64,000 nucleotides of DNA from Candidatus Iainarchaeum sp. (GCA_017610205.1 JAFCCL010000007.1:32001-96000); one strand, 5' to 3'. Positions 31,682-41,559 are shown, counted from the first letter of the stretch. Numbers and translations: made by a program. Notes: generated by a model not told the origin, from the letters alone.

Positions 31682-32093
31682 ATTGTTTGAGCACAAGGCC
31701 GATGCAGGCGTAAGAGGAGTTGGCAAAAGCAAAGAGGAAGCATTTGCAGAATGCGCAAAGGCAATGTTTTCTGTAATGGCTGATTTGAAAAAAATTGGTT
31801 CCGAAGAAAAGTTCGATGTAGAGATTGAAACAAATGACCTTGAAAGCCTTTTGGTTGATTTCCTAAACCATTTGCTTTACCTAAGAGATGTGAATGAAAT
31901 GCTGTTCAGTAGGTTTGACTTATACATAACAAATGATGGCGGTGGATGGAAGCTTAGGGGAAGGGCATTCGGAGAAAAAATTAATAAGGAAAAGCACGGC
32001 ATTAAATCAGATGTCAAGGCCGCAAGCTATCACCAGCTCAAAGTTGTGGAAAAGAACGGGAAATGGCTTGCGCAATGTGTTGTGGATGTGTAG
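31674..32093 (+). CDS. Archease
   Basis: EHKADAG, VKAASYH, VVDV C-terminus; adjacent to rtcB. Confidence 0.93.
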   Translation: MFELFEHKADAGVRGVGKSKEEAFAECAKAMFSVMADLKKIGSEEKFDVEIETNDLESLLVDFLNHLLYLRDVNEMLFSRFDLYITNDGGGWKLRGRAFGEKINKEKHGIKSDVKAASYHQLKVVEKNGKWLAQCVVDV

Positions 32094-32096
32094 GGC

Positions 32097-33530
32097 ATGA
32101 TGTTTAAAAAAATTAAGGAAGGCATTTGGGAAATGCCAAAGCAGGGGCAAATGAAGGTCCCCGCGAGAATTTTTGCCACTGAAAAGCTTTTTGGAGATAT
32201 TGAACAGGGTGCAATGCAGCAGGCGGTTAATACCGCGCAGTTGCCGGGAATTCAGAAAGCTGCTTTGGGAATGCCTGATTTGCATTTTGGCTATGGTTTC
32301 CCAATCGGGGGAGTTGCCGCTTTTGATGAAAAAGAAAAAGGGGTTGTAAGCCCTGGCGGAATCGGATTTGATATAAATTGCGGAATAAGGCTTATCAGAA
32401 CAAATTTGGCTGCCGAAGACATTAAGCCAAAGCTTCCAGAGCTCATGGATTTGCTGTTTAAGCTTATTCCGGCAGGGGTTGGCCAAAAGGGCAAAATCAG
32501 GGTGGAAAAAAACGAGCTTGCCGAGATTTATAGCAGGGGAGCAAGGCATATGGTTGAAAAGGGCTTTGGATGGAAACAGGATTTGGAGAGAATTGAGGAA
32601 AAGGGTCGCATGAAAGAGGCAAACCCTGAAAAGGTCAGTGAAAAGGCTTTCAAAAGGGGAATGCCGCAGATCGGAACTTTGGGGGCTGGGAACCATTTTG
32701 TGGAGGTCCAGGCAGTTGAAAAGATTTTTGATAAAGATATTGCAAAAAGCTTTGGCTTGTTTGAAGGACAGGCTGTTGTAATGCTGCATTCCGGAAGCAG
32801 GGGAACAGGGCACCAGATTGCAACAGATTACATAAGCGTTATGCAAAAGGCAATGGAAAAATACGGCATTAAAGTCAATGACAGGCAGCTTGCCTGCACC
32901 CCTATTGAAAGCCAAGAAGGAAAGGATTACCTAGAGGCAATGTGGTGCGGCGTAAACTATGCCTTTGCAAACAGGCAGGCAATGTCCCATTGGATTAGGG
33001 AGGGGTTTGAACAGGTTTTTGGGCAGGATGCTGAAAGCCTTGAAATGGAAGTTGTTTACGATGTTTGCCACAATGTGGCAAAGTTTGAAAAGCACAAAAT
33101 AAACGGAAAGGAAAAAGAACTGCTTGTGCACAGGAAAGGGGCAACAAGGGCGATGCCAAAGGGCAGGCCTGAAAATCCGAAAATTTATGCAAAAACAGGG
33201 CATCCTGCAATAATTCCCGGAAGCATGGGCACAGCATCCTATGTTCTTGTTGGCACAGAAACAGGGCTGAAAGAAAGCTTTGCATCAGTATGCCATGGGG
33301 CAGGAAGGGCAATGTCAAGGCATGAAGCAATGAGGAAAAAAAGCGGAGAGCAGGTCAAAAAAGAGCTTGAAGCAAAAGGCGAAGTTATCAAAGGCAAAAG
33401 CCTGGCTGGCTTGGCTGAAGAAATGCCGGAAGCCTACAAAGACATTGATGAAGTAATTGAAAGTGTTGTCTTGTCAGGAATTGGAAAAAAGGTTGCAAGG
33501 CATTTGCCGCTCGCGGTAATGAAAGGATAA
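32097..33530 (+). CDS. rtcB: RNA-splicing ligase RtcB
   Basis: MPDLHFGYGFPIGG, GFDINCG, GNHFVE, HSGSRG, HRKGATR, HGAGR. Confidence 0.97.
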   Translation: MMFKKIKEGIWEMPKQGQMKVPARIFATEKLFGDIEQGAMQQAVNTAQLPGIQKAALGMPDLHFGYGFPIGGVAAFDEKEKGVVSPGGIGFDINCGIRLIRTNLAAEDIKPKLPELMDLLFKLIPAGVGQKGKIRVEKNELAEIYSRGARHMVEKGFGWKQDLERIEEKGRMKEANPEKVSEKAFKRGMPQIGTLGAGNHFVEVQAVEKIFDKDIAKSFGLFEGQAVVMLHSGSRGTGHQIATDYISVMQKAMEKYGIKVNDRQLACTPIESQEGKDYLEAMWCGVNYAFANRQAMSHWIREGFEQVFGQDAESLEMEVVYDVCHNVAKFEKHKINGKEKELLVHRKGATRAMPKGRPENPKIYAKTGHPAIIPGSMGTASYVLVGTETGLKESFASVCHGAGRAMSRHEAMRKKSGEQVKKELEAKGEVIKGKSLAGLAEEMPEAYKDIDEVIESVVLSGIGKKVARHLPLAVMKG

Positions 33531-33567
33531 CTCAAAACCAGGGAAAAAACGAGAAAGGAATGAGGGA

Positions 33568-33735
33568 ATGAAAATGCGACATTTAGTAATGCCAAGAAGG
33601 ACACTGGACTATCTTTTGATGGGAATTGTTGCAGGGATAATTGCAGGATTAATTTTGGTTTACATAGGCGGAATCACGTATTATGGCATAATTCAGGCCT
33701 CTGAAAGCATTAAAATGGGCTTTAAAACCCCCTAA
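33568..33735 (+). CDS. Small single-TM protein (55 aa, absent from ORF track)
   Basis: MKMRHLVMPRRTLDYLLMGIVAGIIAGLILVYIGGITYYGIIQASESIKMGFKTP. Confidence 0.5.
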   Translation: MKMRHLVMPRRTLDYLLMGIVAGIIAGLILVYIGGITYYGIIQASESIKMGFKTP

Positions 33736-33806
33736 AAACAGCAAATAAGTAACTTTATTCAGTTAATCAGTAACATTTAAATACTTGGAGTACTGCAGTT
33801 TTTATA

Positions 33807-35462
33807 ATGAGACTAAAGATTGCATTACTTGGACTTGCACTCATTGTTAGTGCAGAAGCTGCAATCTGTGACAATATTTGGATTGGCGCAGAAGATATTG
33901 TAATGAAAAGGGCAGATACTGAATATTTTTATTTTCCAATTTACAACGATTATGACAAAGATTTTGACACTTATGCAATTGAGGTCTGGAGAGACACAGG
34001 CGAATTTGACGTAAGCCTTGTTGATTACACTGAAGTAATAGATGCTGAGGGAGAAGGTGAAATAACAATCAGGGTTGAAACAGGAAATTTGGACGAAGAA
34101 AGTTTTGGTCAGGCTTATATCAAAATAAGAGGAGAATTTGATGATGAAAGATACTGCGGTTTTACGCAGATTGATGAAACCTATTTTGATGTAATTGTTG
34201 AAATGGATGAAAGCAAGCCAGGATGTAATGACATCAGAATTGATGCATTTAATGTTTACATAAATGAAAATTCAACAGAAACAGTTTCGTTTGAAATTGA
34301 AAACAGATCCGGGGAAGATTTTGGCCTTTACGACATTGACTTAGAGGAAAACAGCAGCTATTTTGATGCGTGGATTTATAGCATGCCATCTATTGTAAGA
34401 GATGATGACAATGAAACTTTTAGAGTAAAAATAGAGTCAAACAGTGTAAGTGAAGAAAGACAGGGAACAGTCAGCATTGAAGCAAAAGGAATGTTTGACA
34501 ATGGAGATTATTGTTCTTTCAGCAATATTGACGAAGAAGAATTCACAGTATTTGTTGAAAACAGCTCAGGAAGCCAAAACACTTCAAATACCCAGGAAGA
34601 TTCAGAAATAGAACTTGTTGCAAGCACTGTGCAGGCCGAAAGAGGAAGAACAGGATATGCAACACTTTTCCTTGAAAACAATGCCGAAGAAAATTTTCTT
34701 GTAGATTATATTGGAATTTTTGACTTAAGTTCAAATTTTAAAGCAGAAGAATCAGGATATGAAAAAACAGTCCCTGCATTTGGAAGCTCTTACATAAATG
34801 TAAAAGTTAACGCATATGATTACGCAAGCATTGGAAACTACGAAGCATATTTAGAAATTGCAGGACATTATCAAAATGGAAAACAAGTGCATATTTTTGG
34901 CGACAGCCTTGGCACATTCCCTGTAGAAATTGTGGAAAAACGTGTTTTTGAATATGCAAATTCTGAACCGGTTGGTCAGGAAACCTGCTCTTACTTTTCA
35001 CTCATTGTTCCAAGCAAAGCAAACATTGAAGAAAGCGGAACAGTTCCAATAACAGTTGACAACAGAAGCTATGACAGAGCAACAATAAGGCTTTACGGAG
35101 CAGGACTTACAGCAGAGCCAATGCTTATTTCTGTTCCAAAAAACACACTTATTTCAGAAAATGTATTTGTTTCCAGTGTTTTGAATGAAACAAATCTTGT
35201 TTACAAAATTGAAGCCCCTGGCTGCAACATTGAGAAAAGAACCGCAATAATTTCAACGGTTGCAGAACAAGATAAAGGAGAAGAAGGCGAAAATGAAACA
35301 GGAAAAGATGAAACAGACGAAAATGAGACAATCTTTCCCTTTGGCACAACAGGCTTTGTTGCTTTGGGGCAGGCAGGCGCAGTTCTTGGCATTCTTGTGC
35401 TTGCAGTAATAGTAATTTTTCTTATTTTTAGGCGACCTAAAAAACCACAAACACTTTTTTAA
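33807..35462 (+). CDS. Acidic surface protein with about three Ig-like repeats and C-terminal TM anchor
   Basis: Signal peptide; repeats ending GEFDDERYC / GMFDNGDYC / GHYQNG; TGF plus TM plus basic tail. Confidence 0.75.
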   Translation: MRLKIALLGLALIVSAEAAICDNIWIGAEDIVMKRADTEYFYFPIYNDYDKDFDTYAIEVWRDTGEFDVSLVDYTEVIDAEGEGEITIRVETGNLDEESFGQAYIKIRGEFDDERYCGFTQIDETYFDVIVEMDESKPGCNDIRIDAFNVYINENSTETVSFEIENRSGEDFGLYDIDLEENSSYFDAWIYSMPSIVRDDDNETFRVKIESNSVSEERQGTVSIEAKGMFDNGDYCSFSNIDEEEFTVFVENSSGSQNTSNTQEDSEIELVASTVQAERGRTGYATLFLENNAEENFLVDYIGIFDLSSNFKAEESGYEKTVPAFGSSYINVKVNAYDYASIGNYEAYLEIAGHYQNGKQVHIFGDSLGTFPVEIVEKRVFEYANSEPVGQETCSYFSLIVPSKANIEESGTVPITVDNRSYDRATIRLYGAGLTAEPMLISVPKNTLISENVFVSSVLNETNLVYKIEAPGCNIEKRTAIISTVAEQDKGEEGENETGKDETDENETIFPFGTTGFVALGQAGAVLGILVLAVIVIFLIFRRPKKPQTLF

Positions 35463-35510
35463 ATAAAATTTAAGAAAAAACAAAATTTAGTCAAAAAAAG
35501 AGGTGACGAT

Positions 35511-35774
35511 ATGACAAAAGCAAAAAGAAAAGAAACAGTAAAAAAGACTGTAAAAGCAAGAAAGACTGTAAGGGCTAGAAAGCCAGTAAAGGCAGGAAAA
35601 ACTGTAAAAGCAAGAAAGCCAGTAAAAACAAGAAAGACCGTGAAAGTAATAAAGGTTGCAACAGTAAAAAAGGTTTCAAGGACAAGAAATGTCAGAGCAA
35701 CCAAGGCAACAGCTTTCCAGCCTTTAACAACATTGCAGAATAGCTTTAACTCAGTCATGAACTACTTCAAATAA
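35511..35774 (+). CDS. Histone H1/Hc2-like Lys-rich protein with hexapeptide repeats
   Basis: K(T/P)V(K/R)(A/T)(R/G) tandem units from an 18-bp repeat at 35544-35645; GAGGTGA RBS. Confidence 0.7.
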   Translation: MTKAKRKETVKKTVKARKTVRARKPVKAGKTVKARKPVKTRKTVKVIKVATVKKVSRTRNVRATKATAFQPLTTLQNSFNSVMNYFK

Positions 35775-35810
35775 AGTTACTGAATTAATGCTTACCAACC
35801 CCAAAAAATA

Positions 35811-35849
35811 TTTGCTGTGGCAAAGTTGTCACAGTAAATTCTTTTTTTT
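35811..35849 (+). terminator. Hairpin plus T-tract terminator
   Basis: TTTGCTGTGGCA-AAGT-TGTCACAGTAAA followed by T8. Confidence 0.65.
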
Positions 35850-35913
35850 AAAATTTAAACAGTTTTGCAGACATCACAACTTTTTTATTCTCTGAAGCGC
35901 TTATTTAAAGAAT

Positions 35914-37374
35914 ATGAAAAAGGAATTTTTGCTGCTTGGAATTATTTTTCTGATTGCTTTTTCCGGTTGTTTGCAACAGGACATAACACCAACTGCAAAA
36001 AAGCTTCCTGAAATTGAAGCGGTTTTTCAAGAATACCCTAATGCAATCATATCTGCTTTTTTTATTAGAAAGGATGTTACAAACCTTATGCTGGAAGAAA
36101 TTAGAAAAGATTGCGACGCAAACTTTGAACCAGCATCATATTGGAATGTAATTGTTGTTGCAGAAGGCAGAAAATGGGAATTTTATGTTGATGAAAGTGT
36201 TACAAAAGTTGTTTGCACAATTGAGCCTGATGCGCCAAAACCTAAAAATGAATGTGTTAATGCATCGGAATGTGACGACCTTGATGTAACCACAAAAGAT
36301 GAATGCAAAGGAAGCCCAAAAAAGTGTGTATATACATCAATAACTGAATGTATAAACAATGATGGTTATTGCCCCAATGGTTGCGTTTTTGACCAGGATA
36401 ATGATTGCCCTGCAATTAACCTGTGCCAGTCAGATTTGGAGTGCATTGACTCAAATAGACTTACAACAGATGTCTGCGAAGGCCAGCCCAAAAGATGCGT
36501 TTATTCATTGAAAACATGTGAAGATCTTGGAGAGGATTTGTGCGAAATATTTGAAGAATGCCTTGGAACTTCTCTTCCAACAACTGACAGTGGCATATGT
36601 TGTGACACTACCTGCAGAAAAACAACGTCTTGTGAAGGAGTAGTATGCGAAGATGAGGAAAAATGTGTAAACGGCATTTGTGTGGAAAAAACATGCAGTG
36701 AAAGGGAGTTGCCATTATGCAACACTGAAGAAAGATGTACTGAAAACTATTATATTGACGGACTTGGAATAAAATGTTGTACAGGAGAGTGCAGAAAACC
36801 GTGTTTTTCAAATACCGACTGTGGCAGTGGCGAAATATGTGATGAGGCAGAGAATTATTGCATTGCCGAGTCATGTAGTGATATTGGCGGGAAAACATGC
36901 AACGCGATAACTGAAAGATGCACTGGAGAAATTGAACGAACAGTTGATAATGATAATTGTTGCCTTGAATGCGGACCAAAGAAATGCTATGATATGGGCG
37001 GAATTTTCTGCGATGGGGAAACTGGTGAAAGTTGTACAAATGCCACTACGACAGCGTTTGATGGAGAATGTTGCCTTGACCAATGCGAAGTTGACCCCTG
37101 TTTTAACATAGCTTGTGGTGGAATAAACAAAAAATGCAGTGAAGGAGAATGTGTTCTGAAAACCTGTGAGGAAATTGGCGGAATTAACTGGGAACTTTCA
37201 GAAACCTGTCAGGGTTATTTTTATGCCAGTGACGGAATTCTTGATTGCTGTGTTGAGAGAAGCTGTGAGGATATGGGCGGTCAGAAATGCTTAGATGAAA
37301 CTGTTTGCAGTAATAATACAAGGCTTTCAACAGATGTTGTTGAATGCTGTACAAATACCTGTATTGCTGAATAA
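35914..37374 (+). CDS. Cys-rich repeat lipoprotein
   Basis: Lipobox FSGC; about 60 Cys; repeated (K/S)xC-x3-GG-x2-C...C...CC...C modules. Confidence 0.8.
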   Translation: MKKEFLLLGIIFLIAFSGCLQQDITPTAKKLPEIEAVFQEYPNAIISAFFIRKDVTNLMLEEIRKDCDANFEPASYWNVIVVAEGRKWEFYVDESVTKVVCTIEPDAPKPKNECVNASECDDLDVTTKDECKGSPKKCVYTSITECINNDGYCPNGCVFDQDNDCPAINLCQSDLECIDSNRLTTDVCEGQPKRCVYSLKTCEDLGEDLCEIFEECLGTSLPTTDSGICCDTTCRKTTSCEGVVCEDEEKCVNGICVEKTCSERELPLCNTEERCTENYYIDGLGIKCCTGECRKPCFSNTDCGSGEICDEAENYCIAESCSDIGGKTCNAITERCTGEIERTVDNDNCCLECGPKKCYDMGGIFCDGETGESCTNATTTAFDGECCLDQCEVDPCFNIACGGINKKCSEGECVLKTCEEIGGINWELSETCQGYFYASDGILDCCVERSCEDMGGQKCLDETVCSNNTRLSTDVVECCTNTCIAE

Positions 37375-37431
37375 AAGCCATTAAACACTTGTTTTTAAAG
37401 CTTTCCAAGCGATAATTACTAATACATTGAG

Positions 37432-37590
37432 TACACTGCATCTGCCCTCAGAGAGTGGATGTAAATGCCAATTTAAAGTTTTTTTGTGGTGTTTTTTCAC
37501 TGCAGTTCTGATTGGCTCAAAGGAATTTTTAGCGGACTTGAGCCTTCGCTATAAATTCCAAAGGTTGTGCTTGCAAGACAGTAGTGTGAA
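37432..37590 (+). promoter_or_regulatory. Structured 5' leader of the rpl3 operon (candidate r-leader)
   Basis: TATA at ~37393-37400; closing stem TACACTGC/GTAGTGTG; hairpin 37522-37559 whose loop TTGAGCC complements GGCTCAA at 37514-37520. Confidence 0.6.
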
Positions 37591-37596
37591 AATGTA

Positions 37597-38823
37597 ATGA
37601 GTACAATGTCAAGACCACATGCAGGATCGCTTGCCTTTTATCCTAGAAAGCGAGCTTCTAAGGAAACACCTAGCTTTAGCTCTTTTCCAAAAATTGAGGT
37701 TAAAGACGGAGACAAATCAAGACCTTTGAATTTTTTGGTTTACAAGGCAGGAATGACTCACGCTCTTGGAAAAGATACACATGAAAAAAGTGTTACTTCA
37801 GGCCATGAGGTTGCTGTTGCAACAACTGTTTTGGAAGCGCCTGCAATGAAAGTTTTTGGCATTAGAACCTATGGCAAGGCACCAAAAGGATTTTATGGAA
37901 CTGTTCCAAGCATGGATGTTTTTGCAGGCAGTATTGACAAAAATTTGCTTAAAAGAATTCATTCGTTTAAGAAAAAAGGCAGTGGAAAAGGAAGGGCTTC
38001 AAAAAAGGGCGAAAAGGAAACTGCAAAAAAAGAGGATAAAAAGGAAACTCCAAACACTTTTGAGGATTTAGAAAAGGCAGGCGAAAAGATTTTTAATGTA
38101 AGACTTTTATGCCACACTCAGCCTGCAAAGACAGGAATTGGCAAGAAAAAACCAGATGTGTGCGAAGTTGGTTTGTCAGGAAATGTTGAACAACAACTCG
38201 CTTTTGCAAAAGAAAAACTTGGACACGAGATTTCTATTTCAGACGTCTTCACAGGAAAACATTTTGTTGATATAAGAGCTGTTTCAAAGGGAAAAGGAAT
38301 GCAGGGGCCAGTAAAAAGAGCAGGTGTCAAAATGCAGAGACCAAAAGCAAAGAAAAGGAGAATTGTCGGAAGCATTAGCCCATGGAATCCAAGCACAGTA
38401 ATGTGGCAGGTTCCAAGACCGGGGCAAATGGGATACCATTCAAGAACAGAGTATAACAAAAAAGTTTTGAAGATTGGCCCAGCAGTTAATGTCAAAGAAG
38501 TGAATCAGGCAACAGGATTTAAAAATTATGGACTTTTAAAAAGTGATTTTGTTATTTTGGCAGGAAGTGTTGTCGGACCATGCAAGAGAGCAATTGGATT
38601 GAGAGTACCTATAAGGAAAAGTCCTATGGAAAGGCACAAGATAGAGTCTTTGGATTATATTGCAGGTACTGCTGTTGGAACAGAAGATTTTGTTGAAGAA
38701 GAAGTTAAAACAGAGAACATTGTTGTAAAGAAAGAGGAAAAAGTTGAAAAGAAAAGTGTTGCAGAAGAGATTGCAGCAGCAGCCAAAGGCGAGCAAAAAA
38801 GGGAGAAGTCAAAGCAAAAGTAA
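37597..38823 (+). CDS. rpl3: 50S ribosomal protein L3
   Basis: GSLAFYPRKRA, YKAGMTH, SKGKGMQGPVKR, GQMGYHSRTEYNK. Confidence 0.97.
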   Translation: MSTMSRPHAGSLAFYPRKRASKETPSFSSFPKIEVKDGDKSRPLNFLVYKAGMTHALGKDTHEKSVTSGHEVAVATTVLEAPAMKVFGIRTYGKAPKGFYGTVPSMDVFAGSIDKNLLKRIHSFKKKGSGKGRASKKGEKETAKKEDKKETPNTFEDLEKAGEKIFNVRLLCHTQPAKTGIGKKKPDVCEVGLSGNVEQQLAFAKEKLGHEISISDVFTGKHFVDIRAVSKGKGMQGPVKRAGVKMQRPKAKKRRIVGSISPWNPSTVMWQVPRPGQMGYHSRTEYNKKVLKIGPAVNVKEVNQATGFKNYGLLKSDFVILAGSVVGPCKRAIGLRVPIRKSPMERHKIESLDYIAGTAVGTEDFVEEEVKTENIVVKKEEKVEKKSVAEEIAAAAKGEQKREKSKQK

Positions 38824-38851
38824 AACCTGTTGGAAAAGGTGTTGAATTTTT

Positions 38852-39673
38852 ATGAAAACAAATGTTTTGTCATTGGATGGAAAAAAAGTAAGAGAAATTT
38901 CCATTTCAAAGGCGTTTGATTCAGATGTCGATACAGGTCTCATTAAGAGAGCTGTTTTGAGCATTAGAAGTATGGCGTTGCAGCCAAAGGGTCCAAGTGC
39001 AATTGCAGGACGAACAAATACTGCAAAGTACAGAGGCAGAAGAAGTTTGCCTGCGTCAGAAAGAGGAATAAACGTCGGACATGCAAGGCTTCCCAGGCTT
39101 AACAACAGAAGAGGCAGACTTTATGGAAGGGTTGCAGGGATACCAAGAGCAGTTGGAGGCCCAATGGCTCACCCTCCAAAGCCAGAAAAGGATTTGAAGG
39201 AAAGGATTAATAAAAAGGAAAAAAGAGCTGCGTTGAATTCTGCAATTGCTGCAAGTGTAAGACTTGACCTTGTTGGAACAAGGCATGTTGTTGCAAAAGA
39301 AATTGCACTTCCAGTTGTTGTAGATGATAAGTTTGAGGAAATAGGCAGGACAAAAGAACTAAAGACAATTTTAAAGACTTTGAATCTTTTGGCTGATGTT
39401 GATAACGCAAAGGAAAAGGTCAGGCGAAGGGCAGGAAAAGGAAAGATGAGGGACAGGAAGAAAAAGGTTAAGAAAAGCATTTTGATTGTTACAGGAAAAA
39501 CTGCAAATGTATTTAAGGCTGCAAGGAATCTGCCAGGTGTTGATATTTGCGTTTCACGCAATCTTAATGCAGAGCTTTTGGCACCAGGATGTGTTCCAGG
39601 AAGACTTGTGATTTGGTCAGAGTCTGGAATAAAGGCTTTGGATGAAAAAGGAGGCGGCAAGAATGCAAGCTGA
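38852..39673 (+). CDS. rpl4: 50S ribosomal protein L4
   Basis: GGPMAHPPK, RNLPGVD, LLAPG..PGRL. Confidence 0.97.
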   Translation: MKTNVLSLDGKKVREISISKAFDSDVDTGLIKRAVLSIRSMALQPKGPSAIAGRTNTAKYRGRRSLPASERGINVGHARLPRLNNRRGRLYGRVAGIPRAVGGPMAHPPKPEKDLKERINKKEKRAALNSAIAASVRLDLVGTRHVVAKEIALPVVVDDKFEEIGRTKELKTILKTLNLLADVDNAKEKVRRRAGKGKMRDRKKKVKKSILIVTGKTANVFKAARNLPGVDICVSRNLNAELLAPGCVPGRLVIWSESGIKALDEKGGGKNAS

Positions 39674-39938
39674 AAATGATGGGCACCATAATGTTATTTT
39701 ATTCCCTTTGATTACTGAAAAGGCAGTTAATATGATTGAGGCAGAAAACAAGCTTTGTTTTATTGTAAACAAGAAGTCAACTAAAGCAGATGTAAAAATG
39801 GCAGTTGAAAAAGAATACGCTATAAAAGTTGATTCTGTCAAAGTTTTGAATGACAGAAAGGGAAGAAAAAAAGCAATTGTTAAAATAAACAAGGCCTTTA
39901 AGGCAGATGATGTTGCCACAAAACTTGGAGTTATATAA
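39663..39938 (+). CDS. rpl23: 50S ribosomal protein L23
   Basis: PLITEKA, ENKLCFIV, KKAIVK. Confidence 0.96.
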   Translation: MQAENDGHHNVILFPLITEKAVNMIEAENKLCFIVNKKSTKADVKMAVEKEYAIKVDSVKVLNDRKGRKKAIVKINKAFKADDVATKLGVI

Positions 39939-39950
39939 TTAGGTGTTATT

Positions 39951-40673
39951 ATGGGAAGTCGTTTAAGGCAGCAAAGAAGAGGAAAGGGAGGTTCGACCTA
40001 TGAGGCAAAACACAAAGGCATAAAGGCAAGTTATAATAATGTTGATGAAAAACAGGCAAAAGAAAAGATTAATGGTCAGGTTATTGACCTGGTAAAGGAA
40101 TCTGGAAGAAATGCAATTTTAGCACTTGTAAAGTTTGAGGACAACAGCACAAATTATGTTATTGCCGCTGAAGGACTTGCTGTTGGACAAAGACTTGAGT
40201 TTGGTAAAAAGGCAGAAATTGGAATTGGAAATGTTTTGCCACTTACAGATATTCCTGAAGGATGTCCAGTATTTAATCTTGAACTTGTACCAGGAGACGG
40301 TGGAAAAATGGCAAAGGGAACAGGTGTTTATGCTTTGCTGGTAAACAAGGACAGGAAAGTTGCACATGTTAAAATGCCAAGCGGAAAAACAAAGTTGTTT
40401 AATCCTGCCAGCAGGGCCACAATAGGCTGCAGTGCAGGTGGTGGAAGACCAGATAAACCAAGAGTTAAAGCAGGAAATATGTTTCATTTTATGGCTGCAA
40501 AAAGCAGGCATTATCCAAGACTTAGAGGTGTTGCAATGAATGCTTCAGACCATCCATTTGGAGGAAGTCAGCATCATGCAGGAAAAAGTAAGAGCACAAG
40601 CAGGAATGCCCCGCCTGGAAGAAAGGTTGGAAGTATTGCAAGCAAGAGAACTGGAAGGAAGAAAAAGAACTAA
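39951..40673 (+). CDS. rpl2: 50S ribosomal protein L2
   Basis: QRRGKG, RGVAMNASDHPFGG, PPGRKVG. Confidence 0.97.
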   Translation: MGSRLRQQRRGKGGSTYEAKHKGIKASYNNVDEKQAKEKINGQVIDLVKESGRNAILALVKFEDNSTNYVIAAEGLAVGQRLEFGKKAEIGIGNVLPLTDIPEGCPVFNLELVPGDGGKMAKGTGVYALLVNKDRKVAHVKMPSGKTKLFNPASRATIGCSAGGGRPDKPRVKAGNMFHFMAAKSRHYPRLRGVAMNASDHPFGGSQHHAGKSKSTSRNAPPGRKVGSIASKRTGRKKKN

Positions 40674-40685
40674 AGGTGAATTGTT

Positions 40686-41072
40686 ATGGCGTTGAAAAAA
40701 GAATTTAGTTTTAAGGGAAAAAACATTGAAGAGCTCAAAGGATTAACAATTGAAGAGTTTGCAAAGCTTTGTCCAAGCAGGGCAAGAAGAAGTCTTTTGC
40801 GTGGTTTTGATAAGCATTTGCTTAAAAAAATTGAAAAATCAGACGGAAAAAAGCATATAAGAACCCATAAAAGGGATACTATAGTAATTCCACTAATGGT
40901 TGGATTAACCTTTGCTATACATAAAGGAAATTCTTTTGAAATTGTTGAAATAAAGCCAGGAATGCTTGGGCACTACCTTGGAGAATTTGCATTGACAAGA
41001 AAAAGGCTTTTGCATGGAAAAGCAGGAATTGGAGCAACCAGAAGCAGTACTGCAATAAGTGCAAGAAAGTGA
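40686..41072 (+). CDS. rps19: 30S ribosomal protein S19
   Basis: SRARRSL, MLGHYLGEF, GIGATRSS. Confidence 0.97.
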   Translation: MALKKEFSFKGKNIEELKGLTIEEFAKLCPSRARRSLLRGFDKHLLKKIEKSDGKKHIRTHKRDTIVIPLMVGLTFAIHKGNSFEIVEIKPGMLGHYLGEFALTRKRLLHGKAGIGATRSSTAISARK

Positions 41073-41078
41073 TGAAAA

Positions 41079-41549
41079 ATGGTTAAAAAAAATTATCAAA
41101 TAAAAATAAGGGACGAAAAAAGGACTGCTAAGGCAATTGCCAAAAACCAGCCTGTTAGCACCAAGTATGCCACAGAGCTTTGCAGGGAAATCAGGGGAAA
41201 AAAATTAGGTAAAACTGAAAAAAGGATTGAAAGAATTAAAGAGGGAAAAGAATTTTTGCCTTTGAGAACATATAACAAAAAGGTTGCGCACAGAAAAGGA
41301 GAAAGTGTTTCAGGAGTAAAAAGCGGAAGGTTTCCAAAAAAATTGTGTGAAACAATGATTAATGTTTTGGGAAGTGTTAAGGCAAATGCAGACTTTAAAG
41401 GGCTTGATTCAGAAAATTTACTTATAACACATTGTTTTGCAAGCAGAGGATTTGCAAGGAGAGGAATGCAGCCAAAAGGGCATATTTCAGGAAAAAGAAG
41501 GAGAAAAAAGTCGACCCATATTGAAGTAGTTGTGGAAGAGGCAAAGTGA
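41079..41549 (+). CDS. rpl22: 50S ribosomal protein L22
   Basis: VSTKYA, GRFPKK, THIEVVV. Confidence 0.96.
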   Translation: MVKKNYQIKIRDEKRTAKAIAKNQPVSTKYATELCREIRGKKLGKTEKRIERIKEGKEFLPLRTYNKKVAHRKGESVSGVKSGRFPKKLCETMINVLGSVKANADFKGLDSENLLITHCFASRGFARRGMQPKGHISGKRRRKKSTHIEVVVEEAK

Positions 41550-41559
41550 GGTTGTTGGA

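Noticed and set aside
32007-32915. 302-aa minus-strand ORF
   Set aside because: Antisense to rtcB; no motifs
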